DNA from: Acidobacteriota bacterium | GTDB lineage: Bacteria; Acidobacteriota; UBA890; WLXD01 | Length of the DNA: 64,000 nt | NCBI GenBank assembly: GCA_029263295.1 | Contig: JAJCXT010000108.1 | Coordinates: 2,724 to 66,723, forward strand | Direction of reading: 5' to 3' | Shown here: positions 39,518 through 48,745 of the stretch, one piece after another | Numbering within the stretch: position 1 is the stretch's first letter | How the letters are laid out: each line of letters opens with the position of its first letter | Position numbers and translations under genes: made by a program | The notes under the pieces: model-generated | Database searches by the model: none | Told to the model about the DNA's origin: nothing | Seen by the model: the letters and a program-made list of their open reading frames with translations, nothing else

Positions 39518-41725
39518 ATGACACTGCAACAGGCTCCAGCCTCCACCCCGAACGACGGCTCTGCTGACGCTTTTTGTGCGAGCGGCTCATCGCCGACCCG
39601 CGCTGAGTCGCTGCCCGAAGCCCGGCGCGGCAGCGTTGAACTCCGCTCCACCCACCTCACAAACCCCGCCGGCAAAGCGCCACACGTCGCCTACGAAATC
39701 GCTGGCAATCCCACTGGAAGACTCGTTGTCGTCCTCGGCGGCATCTCCGCCAATCGACACGTCGTGGCCAACCGCGCCGATGAAACTGCCGGGTGGTGGC
39801 AGCAGATCGTCGGCCCCGGCCAGACCATCGACACGAACACGTGTCGGGTCCTCGCCCTCGACTACATCGGGGGTCCCACCGTACCGATAGCACCCGGGCA
39901 GTCGGTTTCCACGCACGATCAGGCTGCCGCGCTGCTGTGCGTTCTCGATCATCTGAATCTTGGTCGTGTCGACGATTTCGTCGGCTCCTCGTATGGCGGC
40001 ATGGTCGCACTGGCTTTCGCCGAGCGCCACGCTGACCGCGTGGACCACCTGATCCTCGTCGGCGCCGCCCATCGTTCCCACCCGATGGCCACGGCGTGGC
40101 GCGCGCTGCAGCGCAACATCGTTCGGCTCGGTGTGGAAGGCGACGACGCTAAGCGCGGCCTGCAGCTGGCGCGCGGACTGGCGATGACCACGTACCGGAG
40201 CGCGGCGGAGTTCGACGAGCGCTTCGCTACTCGCAACGGTCCGGCGTTCCCGGTCGAGTCTTATCTCGATGCCCGCGGCAGTACCTTTGCCGACACGTTC
40301 CCTCCTGACGCTTTCGCTACGCTCTCCGAGTCGATCGATCGCCACGGCGTGGATCCGGCGAGCGTTGCGGTGCCGACCGGTCTGATCGCCGTCGACTCCG
40401 ACGCCCTGGTACCACCTTGGCTCGTGGAGGAACTGCGCGACGGTCTCGGCGGGCCGGTACGACTGCGGCACGTCGAGTCGAAGGTCGGACACGATGCCTT
40501 CCTGGCCGACCACGAACCGATCGGGCGCGCCATCACCGAGTTTCTCTCCGCCCCGAACGACGGCCCGACCTCGTCGCCGGTAACCCGAACCGTGCGCGCC
40601 GCGGTCGGAACCGACCAGGAGCACGGCGCAGTCATGCCGCCGTTGTACCTGTCGTCGAACTACACCTTCGCCGGCCTTGGCGTGAAGCGACAACACGACT
40701 ACAGCCGCACATCCAACCCGACGCGTGGCCATCTCGCCGACGCGATCGCCGATCTCGAAGGGGCCGCCGGTGCGGCGGTGACCTCATCGGGAATGTCGGC
40801 GGTGGCGCTGGTATTGCAGCTGCTCGAGCCCGATGACCTGGTGGTGATGACCCACGACTGCTACGGCGGCACACACCGGCTGGCGTCACGTCTGGCGAAA
40901 CGCGGCGCCTTCAGGCTCGCGTACGCCGACCTCACCGACGAGGCTGGCGTCACGGCCGCCGCGGCCCAGAACCCGCGTATGATCTGGGTCGAGACGCCGA
41001 GCAATCCACTGCTGCGGATCACCGACCTTGCGGCCGTCGCTCGCGCCTCGCGGGCCTGCGGAGCGCTCCTCGCTGTGGACAACACGTTTCTGTCACCTGC
41101 CCTCCAACGTCCAATCGAGCACGGCGCCGATCTCGTCGTGCATTCGACGACGAAGTTCATCAACGGTCACAGCGACGTCGTGGGTGGAGCGGTCGCCGCG
41201 GCGACGCCGGCTCTCCTCGAGGAGGTCGCGTGGTGGGCCAATGCGCTCGGTCTGTGCGGTAGTCCGTTCGACAGTTATCTGACCCTGCGGGGGCTGCGAA
41301 CTCTGGACGCTCGCGTTCGGATTCACCAGGACAATGCCAGGGCTATCGCCGATGCCTTGGCCGGCCACCCGGCCGTGGAAGCTGTCTTCTATCCTGGCCT
41401 CGCCGACCACCCCGGCTACACGACGGCGTGCCGCCAGCAGGAAGGGCCGGGAAGCTTGCTGAGCTTCGAGCTGGCCGGCGGGCAGGCGGCTGTGGCGGCC
41501 TTCGTGGACGGTCTGCGGCACTTCGCCCTCGCCGAGTCGCTCGGCGGCGTAGAGAGCCTGATTGCGCAGCCAACCACAATGACCCACGCGGCGATGGATC
41601 CGGCAGCCCGGGCAGCGGCGGGAATCCACGACAGCCTGCTCCGCTTGTCGGTCGGTATTGAAGATCCCGCCGATCTGCTGACCGACATCCAGCGCGGTCT
41701 CGACCGTGCGGGACGCGTCCGATGA
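39518..41725 (+). CDS. metX-metB: Fusion of homoserine O-acyltransferase (MetX type) and cystathionine gamma-synthase (MetB type)
   Basis: N-part GGISA, GWW, GSSYGGM, GHDAFL; C-part YSRTSNPTR, SSGMSA, ETPSNP, VDNTF, HSTTKFINGHSDV, LAESLGGVESL; no stop at the junction. Confidence 0.88.
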   Translation: MTLQQAPASTPNDGSADAFCASGSSPTRAESLPEARRGSVELRSTHLTNPAGKAPHVAYEIAGNPTGRLVVVLGGISANRHVVANRADETAGWWQQIVGPGQTIDTNTCRVLALDYIGGPTVPIAPGQSVSTHDQAAALLCVLDHLNLGRVDDFVGSSYGGMVALAFAERHADRVDHLILVGAAHRSHPMATAWRALQRNIVRLGVEGDDAKRGLQLARGLAMTTYRSAAEFDERFATRNGPAFPVESYLDARGSTFADTFPPDAFATLSESIDRHGVDPASVAVPTGLIAVDSDALVPPWLVEELRDGLGGPVRLRHVESKVGHDAFLADHEPIGRAITEFLSAPNDGPTSSPVTRTVRAAVGTDQEHGAVMPPLYLSSNYTFAGLGVKRQHDYSRTSNPTRGHLADAIADLEGAAGAAVTSSGMSAVALVLQLLEPDDLVVMTHDCYGGTHRLASRLAKRGAFRLAYADLTDEAGVTAAAAQNPRMIWVETPSNPLLRITDLAAVARASRACGALLAVDNTFLSPALQRPIEHGADLVVHSTTKFINGHSDVVGGAVAAATPALLEEVAWWANALGLCGSPFDSYLTLRGLRTLDARVRIHQDNARAIADALAGHPAVEAVFYPGLADHPGYTTACRQQEGPGSLLSFELAGGQAAVAAFVDGLRHFALAESLGGVESLIAQPTTMTHAAMDPAARAAAGIHDSLLRLSVGIEDPADLLTDIQRGLDRAGRVR

Positions 41726-42492
41726 ACGCCCCGAACAACGGTCGCGCGGCTCTTGTCGTTCTGAAGTTCGGAAGTTCCGTGCTCGAGGGAGCAGCGGGCT
41801 TCCGCCGCGCCGTCGAGCAGATCCACGCCGAACTGGCGAGCGGTAGCAAGGTCTGCGCGGTGGTCTCGGCAACACCGGGGACAACGAACGACCTGTGGCG
41901 TTCGGCGCACGAACTCGCCCTCGACCCGCAGCCGGGTCTCCTCGGGGCCTTGATGGCGACAGGCGAACACGCCTCGGTTGGGCTACTCAGCATCGCGCTC
42001 GTCGCGAGAGGCGCGGTGGTAACTCCGCTAACGGCGGCCGAACTCGATCTGCGCACCGCGGGGCCGTCGCTCGACGCCCACCCGGTGGCCCTCGATTCCG
42101 GTGCGTTGCGAGCGGCGTTCGAGACGGCAGACGTCATCGTCGTTCCCGGCTTCGTTGGGCGCGATGCAACCGGCTCGACGAGTCTTCTCGGCCGCGGCGG
42201 CTCCGACCTCACCGCGCTGTTCATCAGCCGCGAGCTCGGCGCCGACTGCTGCCTGGTGAAGGACGTTGACGGACTCTACGACGGCGATCCGAACTGCCCG
42301 CGCAACCCGGCGCAACGGCGTTACGTGCGGGCGTGCTGGGACGAACTCGCCCGGGTGGGCGACGTCGTGGTGCAACCGAAGGCTGTGCGCTTCGCGCGGC
42401 AACATGCCATCCGGTTTCGCATCGCGGCAGTAGGCAGGCGAGGCACCGAGATCGGGCCTGGCCCCAACGTGCTCGAGCGGGTGGCGTCATGA
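41722..42492 (+). CDS. Aspartokinase-like amino-acid kinase, catalytic domain only
   Basis: VVLKFGSSVL, VVSA, LMATGE, VVPGFVG, LGRGGSDLTA, KDVDGLYDGDP; 256 aa, no ACT domains. Confidence 0.82.
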   Translation: MNAPNNGRAALVVLKFGSSVLEGAAGFRRAVEQIHAELASGSKVCAVVSATPGTTNDLWRSAHELALDPQPGLLGALMATGEHASVGLLSIALVARGAVVTPLTAAELDLRTAGPSLDAHPVALDSGALRAAFETADVIVVPGFVGRDATGSTSLLGRGGSDLTALFISRELGADCCLVKDVDGLYDGDPNCPRNPAQRRYVRACWDELARVGDVVVQPKAVRFARQHAIRFRIAAVGRRGTEIGPGPNVLERVAS

Positions 42493-43589
42493 GGGCACCC
42501 GGCGCAACCAGGTCGAGCCAGACCCAGGGCGCCGACTCGATGGCGCGCACGCCTGGACAACCCGAGAGCGCCGGAGTGGCGCTGCTGGGGGCCACTGGTG
42601 TTGTCGGCCAGAACATCGTTCGCCTGCTACGCGACCACCCGTTTCTCCGGCTCGACGAGGTAGTGGCCTCCCGGGCGTCGGCCGGGCAAGCGTACGGCGA
42701 TGCTGTCGGGAGCGGGGCCGGCGATCCTGCGGCATCGTTGCGGCTCAAGGTTCCCGGCGACCGCCTGGCCTCACCCATTGTTCTCTCAGCGCTGCCCGGA
42801 GGCGTGGCGCTGGAACTCGAGCCCGAATACGCGCGACGCGGGCACCTCGTGTGCTCGAACGCCTCGGCCTTCCGCGACGATCCGCGCGTGCCGTTGCTGG
42901 TGCCCGAGATCAACGCCCAGGCGCTGTCACTGCTCGACGCCCAGGAGTGGTCTGGCGGTCTGGTCGCGAACCCGAACTGCGTCGTCTCGGGACTCAGTCT
43001 GGCCCTGGCGCCGCTGCACGCTCGGCACGGAATCGAGGCGGTCACCATCGTCACGATGCAGGCGCTTTCCGGCGCCGGGCGGCGCGGACTGAGCGCGTGG
43101 GAAACGAACGCCAACGTGATTCCGAACATCGCCGGCGAGGCCGAGAAGATCCCGGTGGAGATCCGCAAGATCCTCGGCGCGGACTTTCCCGTGTCGGTAC
43201 AGGTGAACCGCGTACCCGTACTCGACGGCCACCTGGCTTCGGTGTTCGTGAAACTGCAGGACGGCGCCAAGCTGGAAACGACCAAGGCAACCCTGCGCGA
43301 GTTCGAGTCCCCCGAGCACGTCGTTTGCCTGCCGACCGCACCCAGCGCTCCGCTCCGATTGCTCGATGCTCCCGATCGTCCGCAGCCACGGATCGATCTC
43401 GAAGCTGGTGCAGGAATGTCGGTAAGCGTTGGGAGCTTCGCTGCCGACCCCGTCTACGACGCCTGCTTCACCGTGTTGGTGCACAACCTGGTGCGCGGCG
43501 CCGCCGGTGCCTGCGTGCTGAACGCGGAGCTCGCCGTCGCCGCCGACGGGTGCAGGAGACCTCGGACCTGCGTGGTGAGCTTGGCCTGA
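42489..43589 (+). CDS. asd: Aspartate-semialdehyde dehydrogenase (archaeal/eukaryote-like type)
   Basis: LLGATGVVGQ..LL.DHP, SNASAFR, VPEIN, ANPNC, MQALSGAG, RVPVLDGH, HNLVRGAAG. Confidence 0.9.
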   Translation: MRAPGATRSSQTQGADSMARTPGQPESAGVALLGATGVVGQNIVRLLRDHPFLRLDEVVASRASAGQAYGDAVGSGAGDPAASLRLKVPGDRLASPIVLSALPGGVALELEPEYARRGHLVCSNASAFRDDPRVPLLVPEINAQALSLLDAQEWSGGLVANPNCVVSGLSLALAPLHARHGIEAVTIVTMQALSGAGRRGLSAWETNANVIPNIAGEAEKIPVEIRKILGADFPVSVQVNRVPVLDGHLASVFVKLQDGAKLETTKATLREFESPEHVVCLPTAPSAPLRLLDAPDRPQPRIDLEAGAGMSVSVGSFAADPVYDACFTVLVHNLVRGAAGACVLNAELAVAADGCRRPRTCVVSLA

Positions 43590-44563
43590 CCCCCGAATAC
43601 GGGTCCAGATGTAGTCTCGCGATCTGGATCGCAACCGGCCCAGCCCGGCGTCTTTCGACCGAGATAGGGGCCTTGGAGGACTGCGACTTCCTCTTGACTA
43701 TCGGCCTTGAGGGTCTCGATAACGCGCGCATCCACCCAGTAGATGTCCACATTCTCACCATCGTCATCTATGCCTCTGTTGAAGAGAATGTACTTGCCGT
43801 CAGGGGTGACGCTCGCATAGGCATCCCATCTATCGGAATTGACATTGTCACCCATGTTGATGGCAGGGCCCCATGAGCCATCATCTTGTCGGAAACTGAT
43901 GTAAAGATCGGAGTCTCCGTATCCGCCTTCGCGCTCGCTATCCCAGATCAGATAGCTCTCGTCTGGCGCGATGAAGGGGTGGGCTGTCAATTTGCCTGCG
44001 TTGACCGCCGAGCCCATCACCTCTGGGGTCTGGCGTTCGCCGTTTTCGAGCGTTGATATGAGGATTCCGTCGTCGCTTCTATAGTCGTCAAAGACATAGG
44101 TGCCCCTCGCGGATGCCGACAGGCGCATGATACCCATGTCTTCCCGGTCAAACATGGGACCGAGGCTCTTGCGTTCTGACCATCCGTCGCCCACGCGGTC
44201 CTTATAACCTTCCGCCATATGCATGCGGTTGCCGTCGGGCGAAAACACAACTTCACCGCGCCGCGTGAATTCCGTGTATTTCTTCCAGACGTTGTCCTGC
44301 TGGCGGAAGCCGATAACTGTGGGGCGGGTGCGGTCCGCATCCGTGGTGAAGTAAAACTCCGTCATGCCAGGAGCGAACACGCCCTCAAGCTCCCACCCTT
44401 CTTTGGAGATGATGCCCGGTGCGAACGGTTCCGCCACCATGCCCGGTGGCTCTTGCCCCATATAGGGACCTACGAGGGCTGGAAACTCCTCTTGAAGAGA
44501 GTTGTTGCCACTCATGAACAGACCATGAAGCAGCAGGCCTGCGAACGTATAGATACGCGTCAT
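43454..44563 (-). CDS. Secreted PD40/beta-propeller protein with truncated second repeat; 3' end runs antisense into asd
   Basis: GPYMGQEPPG, HPFIAPDESYLIWDS, SDLYISF, ASVTPDGKYILF; second LQGPYLGRKTPG then unrelated sequence; visibly lower GC. Confidence 0.72.
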   Translation of the reverse strand: MTRIYTFAGLLLHGLFMSGNNSLQEEFPALVGPYMGQEPPGMVAEPFAPGIISKEGWELEGVFAPGMTEFYFTTDADRTRPTVIGFRQQDNVWKKYTEFTRRGEVVFSPDGNRMHMAEGYKDRVGDGWSERKSLGPMFDREDMGIMRLSASARGTYVFDDYRSDDGILISTLENGERQTPEVMGSAVNAGKLTAHPFIAPDESYLIWDSEREGGYGDSDLYISFRQDDGSWGPAINMGDNVNSDRWDAYASVTPDGKYILFNRGIDDDGENVDIYWVDARVIETLKADSQEEVAVLQGPYLGRKTPGWAGCDPDRETTSGPVFGGQAKLTTQVRGLLHPSAATASSAFSTQAPAAPRTRLCTNTVKQAS

Positions 44564-44990
44564 AGTTTCTTATCTCTTCTCAGGTCATGAGTAGGTAGAG
44601 TGTTGCCACAGATGCGGTATGCCACTCCACCCGTGCTTAGGGATGCGGATGGCACTGGAGTTACTTCACTTTGATGGACACCTGAACGCTTGGAGTTTGG
44701 GTACTCGTAGCAGTCGTGAGGTGGGAACTCGTGGGAAACGCGGAGCGTATTGCACAGTTTCCACGGCGAGCGGCCCCTGCAAGAAAAGTGGCCACTGATC
44801 GATCCTTGGTTTGAACCAGAAAAACTCCTGCCAAGGAGAACAGCCAGTGGCCGATACCAAGATGCCCGCCGAGCAGTGGGTTAGCAAGGGGCTCGTGGTG
44901 AGGAGGCGCTGTGCCGGCTGGGCGGCAGTCCAGTCCACCGCCGCGGGCGCTGGCGCCCGCTGTTCGTTGACGGACACGACCTTCGCTGAT

Positions 44991-45022
44991 TCCACCGAAC
45001 CTTTCGGTGGACAGGTACGTTA
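44991..45022 (+). promoter_or_regulatory. Candidate ECF-type promoter overlapped by a 9-3-9 palindrome
   Basis: GAAC 44997-45000, 17 nt, CGTTA 45018-45022; TCCACCGAA-CCT-TTCGGTGGA 44991-45011. Confidence 0.45.
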
Positions 45023-45087
45023 GTGACATAGACAGCAACGCTGACCGTGGGGACACGCCTCGCGGCAGCCAAACAAGGAAGCCGAGC

Positions 45088-45648
45088 GTGGAGCTCGACA
45101 CTCTGGTAGCGCAGTGCAAGGCAGGCGACGAGATCGCCTGGGAGGCACTGGTGCGCCGTATCCAGGGTCGTGTGTTCGGCCTGTGCTTCCACTATTTGCG
45201 CGACCGCGAAGAGGCTAGAGAAGTGGCTCAGGAAACGTTCATCCGCATCTATCGAGGCATGAAGAGCTTCGACGGCAGCGGCAGCTTCCTGGCCTGGTCC
45301 GTGCGTATCGCACGCAACTGCTGCTTCGACCGGTTGCGCAAGCAGAAGACGCTCGCCACTCACGGTGCGGCCACGATCGACGATCCCGACTACGGACGCG
45401 AACTGGTCGAGAAGCGCGAGGGCTTCGTGGACACCCAGGTGCGCAACCAGCTCCTGCGCAAGGCGCTCGACGGCATGAGCGCAATCAACCGCGAGATGAT
45501 CCTGCTCAAAGACATTCAGGGGCTGAAGCAACGCGAAATCGCGGACCTGCTCTCTATTCCGCTCGGCACCGTGAAGGCGCGCTCGAATCGCGCTCGCACC
45601 GAGCTGGCCGAGCGCGTGCTCGACCTCGACCCCTCCTACGGAGCCTGA
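45088..45648 (+). CDS. ECF sigma-70 factor
   Basis: AWEALVRR, EVAQETFIRIY, FLAWSVRIARN, GLKQREIADLLSIPLGTVKARSNRAR; GTG after AAGGAAG (alternative start 45007). Confidence 0.9.
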   Translation: MELDTLVAQCKAGDEIAWEALVRRIQGRVFGLCFHYLRDREEAREVAQETFIRIYRGMKSFDGSGSFLAWSVRIARNCCFDRLRKQKTLATHGAATIDDPDYGRELVEKREGFVDTQVRNQLLRKALDGMSAINREMILLKDIQGLKQREIADLLSIPLGTVKARSNRARTELAERVLDLDPSYGA

Positions 45649-45651
45649 GCG

Positions 45652-46485
45652 ATGGAATGCACGCGCTTCGAGGAGTTGCTGTTCGAGCGGCTCGAGGGGT
45701 CGCTCGATGAGGCGCGCAGCGAAGAACTCACCGCCCACGCGACCGCGTGCGATCGCTGCGGCGATCTCGAGAACCTGCTCACAAGCCCAGCACAGGCCGG
45801 CACCGGCGGCGCGGTGGTCCCTGACGATCTGGCGGAGTCGGTCCTGGCGCTCACCAGCGCACGCGAGCCGCTGCAGCGCGCGCTGCGACAACTAGATCTC
45901 GACTTGCCCGCGATGGCGAGCATGGTTCCGGACGACGACTTCGTAGCCGACGTGATGGCCGCGACGACGGTGGCGGACAAACAGCGCTTCTGGTACCGCG
46001 CCCGCGAGTTCTGGCACGGCCTGGCCCAGCGGCCGCGTTTCGCACTAGAGGGCGCCTACCTGGGAGCTGTCACCGTTGTCCTGCTCGTCGGCATGCCGTG
46101 GTCACCGTTCGCCGACATGCGCGAACAGGTGCTCACTGAACTGCGCGGCCAGGACAGCATCGTCCGCACCACCCTCGCCGAGGGCACCTCACGGATCGGC
46201 CGGATCAGCACCGTCACCTGGTCGCGCGCCAGCGAAATCATGAGCGGCGAGGTTGAGCTTCCGGAACTGGCTCTACACCCGACGATCGCCCGCCCGCTGG
46301 CCGCCTGGCGCGACCGCGTGGCCGGCTGGTTCGCCGCCGTCTGGACCAGTGTTTTCAAGCCCACTTTCGACTGGATCGTCGGTCCCTGGACCACCAACGC
46401 CGGCGACCTGAGCTCCGACGCTCCAGCACCGCCTGAACTCTCGGACGAAGACAACAATGAACACCCCACTAGACGATCTGCCTGA
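45652..46485 (+). CDS. Zinc-finger (ZAS) anti-sigma factor
   Basis: HATACDRC (HxxxCxxC), one TM segment, directly after the sigma gene. Confidence 0.8.
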   Translation: MECTRFEELLFERLEGSLDEARSEELTAHATACDRCGDLENLLTSPAQAGTGGAVVPDDLAESVLALTSAREPLQRALRQLDLDLPAMASMVPDDDFVADVMAATTVADKQRFWYRAREFWHGLAQRPRFALEGAYLGAVTVVLLVGMPWSPFADMREQVLTELRGQDSIVRTTLAEGTSRIGRISTVTWSRASEIMSGEVELPELALHPTIARPLAAWRDRVAGWFAAVWTSVFKPTFDWIVGPWTTNAGDLSSDAPAPPELSDEDNNEHPTRRSA

Positions 46486-47092
46486 GGAGAACACCATGAA
46501 CCACACCGATGAGCACCCAGCAGCGCCAGAGCCGCAGGTCGCGCCTCCCGCAGACCCGCCGCAGGCGGCCGGGCCGGTCACTACGGCCGGCGCAGCCGGA
46601 GCGAGTTGGCCCCATGGGCGCCAGCCGTTTGACCCGCGCGACAAATCGCCCCGCCTGGCGGCCCTTCTGTCGGTAATCCCGGGACTCGGGCAAATCTACA
46701 TCGGCTACTACCAGCGCGGCTTCATGTTCGCAGCAACGATGCTCCTGCTTGGAATGGCTGCGGGCACCGCGCCCAACAACATCGGGCCCGTGTTTGGCTT
46801 CTCGATGTTCTTCGTCTGGCTGTTCAATGTGGTCGACTCCGGCCGCATGGCGGCGCTCTACAACCACGCGATGGCCGGCAGCGACAAGGTGGAGTTCCCC
46901 GAGAACTTCGAGATGCCGGGGCTTGGCGGCACCATCGCCGGCGGCACGCTCCTGTTGCTGTTCGGGCTCATCGCCCTCTCGAACACCGCGCTCGGGTTCC
47001 GTCTCGACTGGCTCGAGATCTGGTGGCCACTGTTCCCGACCCTGATGGGCGCCTATCTGTTGGCGCGCGGCATCATGGACCGTATGGAGTGA
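46457..47092 (+). CDS. Membrane protein with LiaF/DUF5668-like C-terminal TM region
   Basis: AALLSVIPGLGQIYIG, FVWLFNVVDS, LLLLFGLIAL...WWPL. Confidence 0.62.
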   Translation: MNTPLDDLPEENTMNHTDEHPAAPEPQVAPPADPPQAAGPVTTAGAAGASWPHGRQPFDPRDKSPRLAALLSVIPGLGQIYIGYYQRGFMFAATMLLLGMAAGTAPNNIGPVFGFSMFFVWLFNVVDSGRMAALYNHAMAGSDKVEFPENFEMPGLGGTIAGGTLLLLFGLIALSNTALGFRLDWLEIWWPLFPTLMGAYLLARGIMDRME

Positions 47093-47110
47093 GCACCGCG
47101 AAGGCGGCGG

Positions 47111-48616
47111 CTAGGAGCCGTCGTATAGACGGCCTACTACGGGGCGGCCTGGGAAGACGTCTTCCACAGTCGCCCCGTCGCGTACTACCAGGACACCGTT
47201 CACCAGGACGTACTGCACTCCCTCGGACTTCGACAGGTCTTTCTCGAAGGTAGCCCTGTCGATTACGCGGCCCGGATCGAACACCGTGATGTCCGCGTCG
47301 GCGCCGGCCTGGATGCGGCCCTTCCGCGCCATGCCAGGGGCGAAACGCTCGAGGCGCTGCGCGGGCATGAAGCTCATGCGAGAGACGGCCTCCATCAAGG
47401 GCAACATCTCTTCCTCGCGCGCGTACTTGCCAAGTACCCGGGTGAAGGTGCCGGCGCTGCGCGGATGCGCGCCTGGTGCGTAGGGCATGCCATCCGAGGC
47501 GATCATCACCCAGGGCGTCTTCATCCACTGCTCGATCCACTCGTCCTTCATCATGTGGATGATGACCGTGCCGCCCTTCTCGCGGTGCAGGTTGAAGGTC
47601 TCTTCAGTCAGGCGCTCGCCGGTCTCCTGGAGTTGGATGTCCCCGTAGCTGATCCGCAGCCTTTCCTGCCAGCCCGGGTCGAAGATCGCGGACGCGATTC
47701 CGGTCGAGGCCGCAGTGTAGGGGTACGCCTCGCCAGTCACGTCGACACCCTGCGCCTGGGCCCCGGCGATGAGATCGAGCACGGTGCCGATGTTCCAAAG
47801 GCTCATGCTGTTGATGTGGACTATGTGCAGGGGAGCGCCCGTCGCCGCGGAGTTCGCAATGACCTCCTGAAAGGCAGAGATCCCCATGCCGCGCACGTGG
47901 GTGTAGATCGGCATGTACCACTCGGCGGCCATCTCGAAGACGCGGAAGATCTCGTCGTACGAGGCCCCGGGGTAGTACTGGTGCGGCACGCCAAGACCTA
48001 GGCCTCCTGCCTCCAGATTCTGCAGGAGCAGAGCCTTCATCTGCCCGTATCGTGCCGGATCGACCGGTTCATACCCGGCTGTGCTCAATAACGAGAACAG
48101 TGCGTCCAGTTCATCGCCTTCGCCGATATTGCCACTGCCGAGTTGGGTCAACGCGTCGGCGTACTCAGGCATGGCGCCGATGCGCAACTGACCGTGCGCA
48201 ACCGAGGCCCCGAAGTTCAGGAGCGACGTACCCGTGCGACCCTCCAGGAAGGCGGGCAGGTCGCCGACACCTCCTTCGAGCTCGAGAGCGGTGGTCACCC
48301 CATCGTGCGCCTGAAAGACGTTGGCCTCATAGGTCTGGCCGTGTGCGTGCATGTCGATGAAACCGGGCGCCACGATCAGCCCTGAGACATCGATAGTCTC
48401 GGTGCCCACGAGCGACTCTTCGGTGACGATCACGATGCGATCGCCGCGAATGCCCACGTTGCGCACGTCGTTGAGGCCGGATTCGGGGTCCATCACGGTG
48501 CCGCCGACCAGCACAACGTCGTACGTCTCCTGCGCGCTCGCGGGAGACCCGCCGGTGAACAGGGCCGTCGCAGCCAGCGACAGCAGGACGGTGGCCAGGA
48601 GACAACGTCGGGGCAT
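47111..48616 (-). CDS. Secreted amidohydrolase (N-acyl-D-amino-acid deacylase-like)
   Basis: APGFIDMHAHG, IYTHVR, ASDG, HPRSAGTF, KGRIQAGADADITVFDP. Confidence 0.85.
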   Translation of the reverse strand: MPRRCLLATVLLSLAATALFTGGSPASAQETYDVVLVGGTVMDPESGLNDVRNVGIRGDRIVIVTEESLVGTETIDVSGLIVAPGFIDMHAHGQTYEANVFQAHDGVTTALELEGGVGDLPAFLEGRTGTSLLNFGASVAHGQLRIGAMPEYADALTQLGSGNIGEGDELDALFSLLSTAGYEPVDPARYGQMKALLLQNLEAGGLGLGVPHQYYPGASYDEIFRVFEMAAEWYMPIYTHVRGMGISAFQEVIANSAATGAPLHIVHINSMSLWNIGTVLDLIAGAQAQGVDVTGEAYPYTAASTGIASAIFDPGWQERLRISYGDIQLQETGERLTEETFNLHREKGGTVIIHMMKDEWIEQWMKTPWVMIASDGMPYAPGAHPRSAGTFTRVLGKYAREEEMLPLMEAVSRMSFMPAQRLERFAPGMARKGRIQAGADADITVFDPGRVIDRATFEKDLSKSEGVQYVLVNGVLVVRDGATVEDVFPGRPVVGRLYDGS

Positions 48617-48745
48617 CGTGGGGACTCCTTCTGAGGGCTGGCGGAGTGGTCCCGAGACCATAGCAGTCTTCAATGGTCCGTCCGTCAGCCCACGAGGCAC
48701 TCCCGACCGAGGCTCATCCGAACCCTTGACCATCGCCCCTTCATA

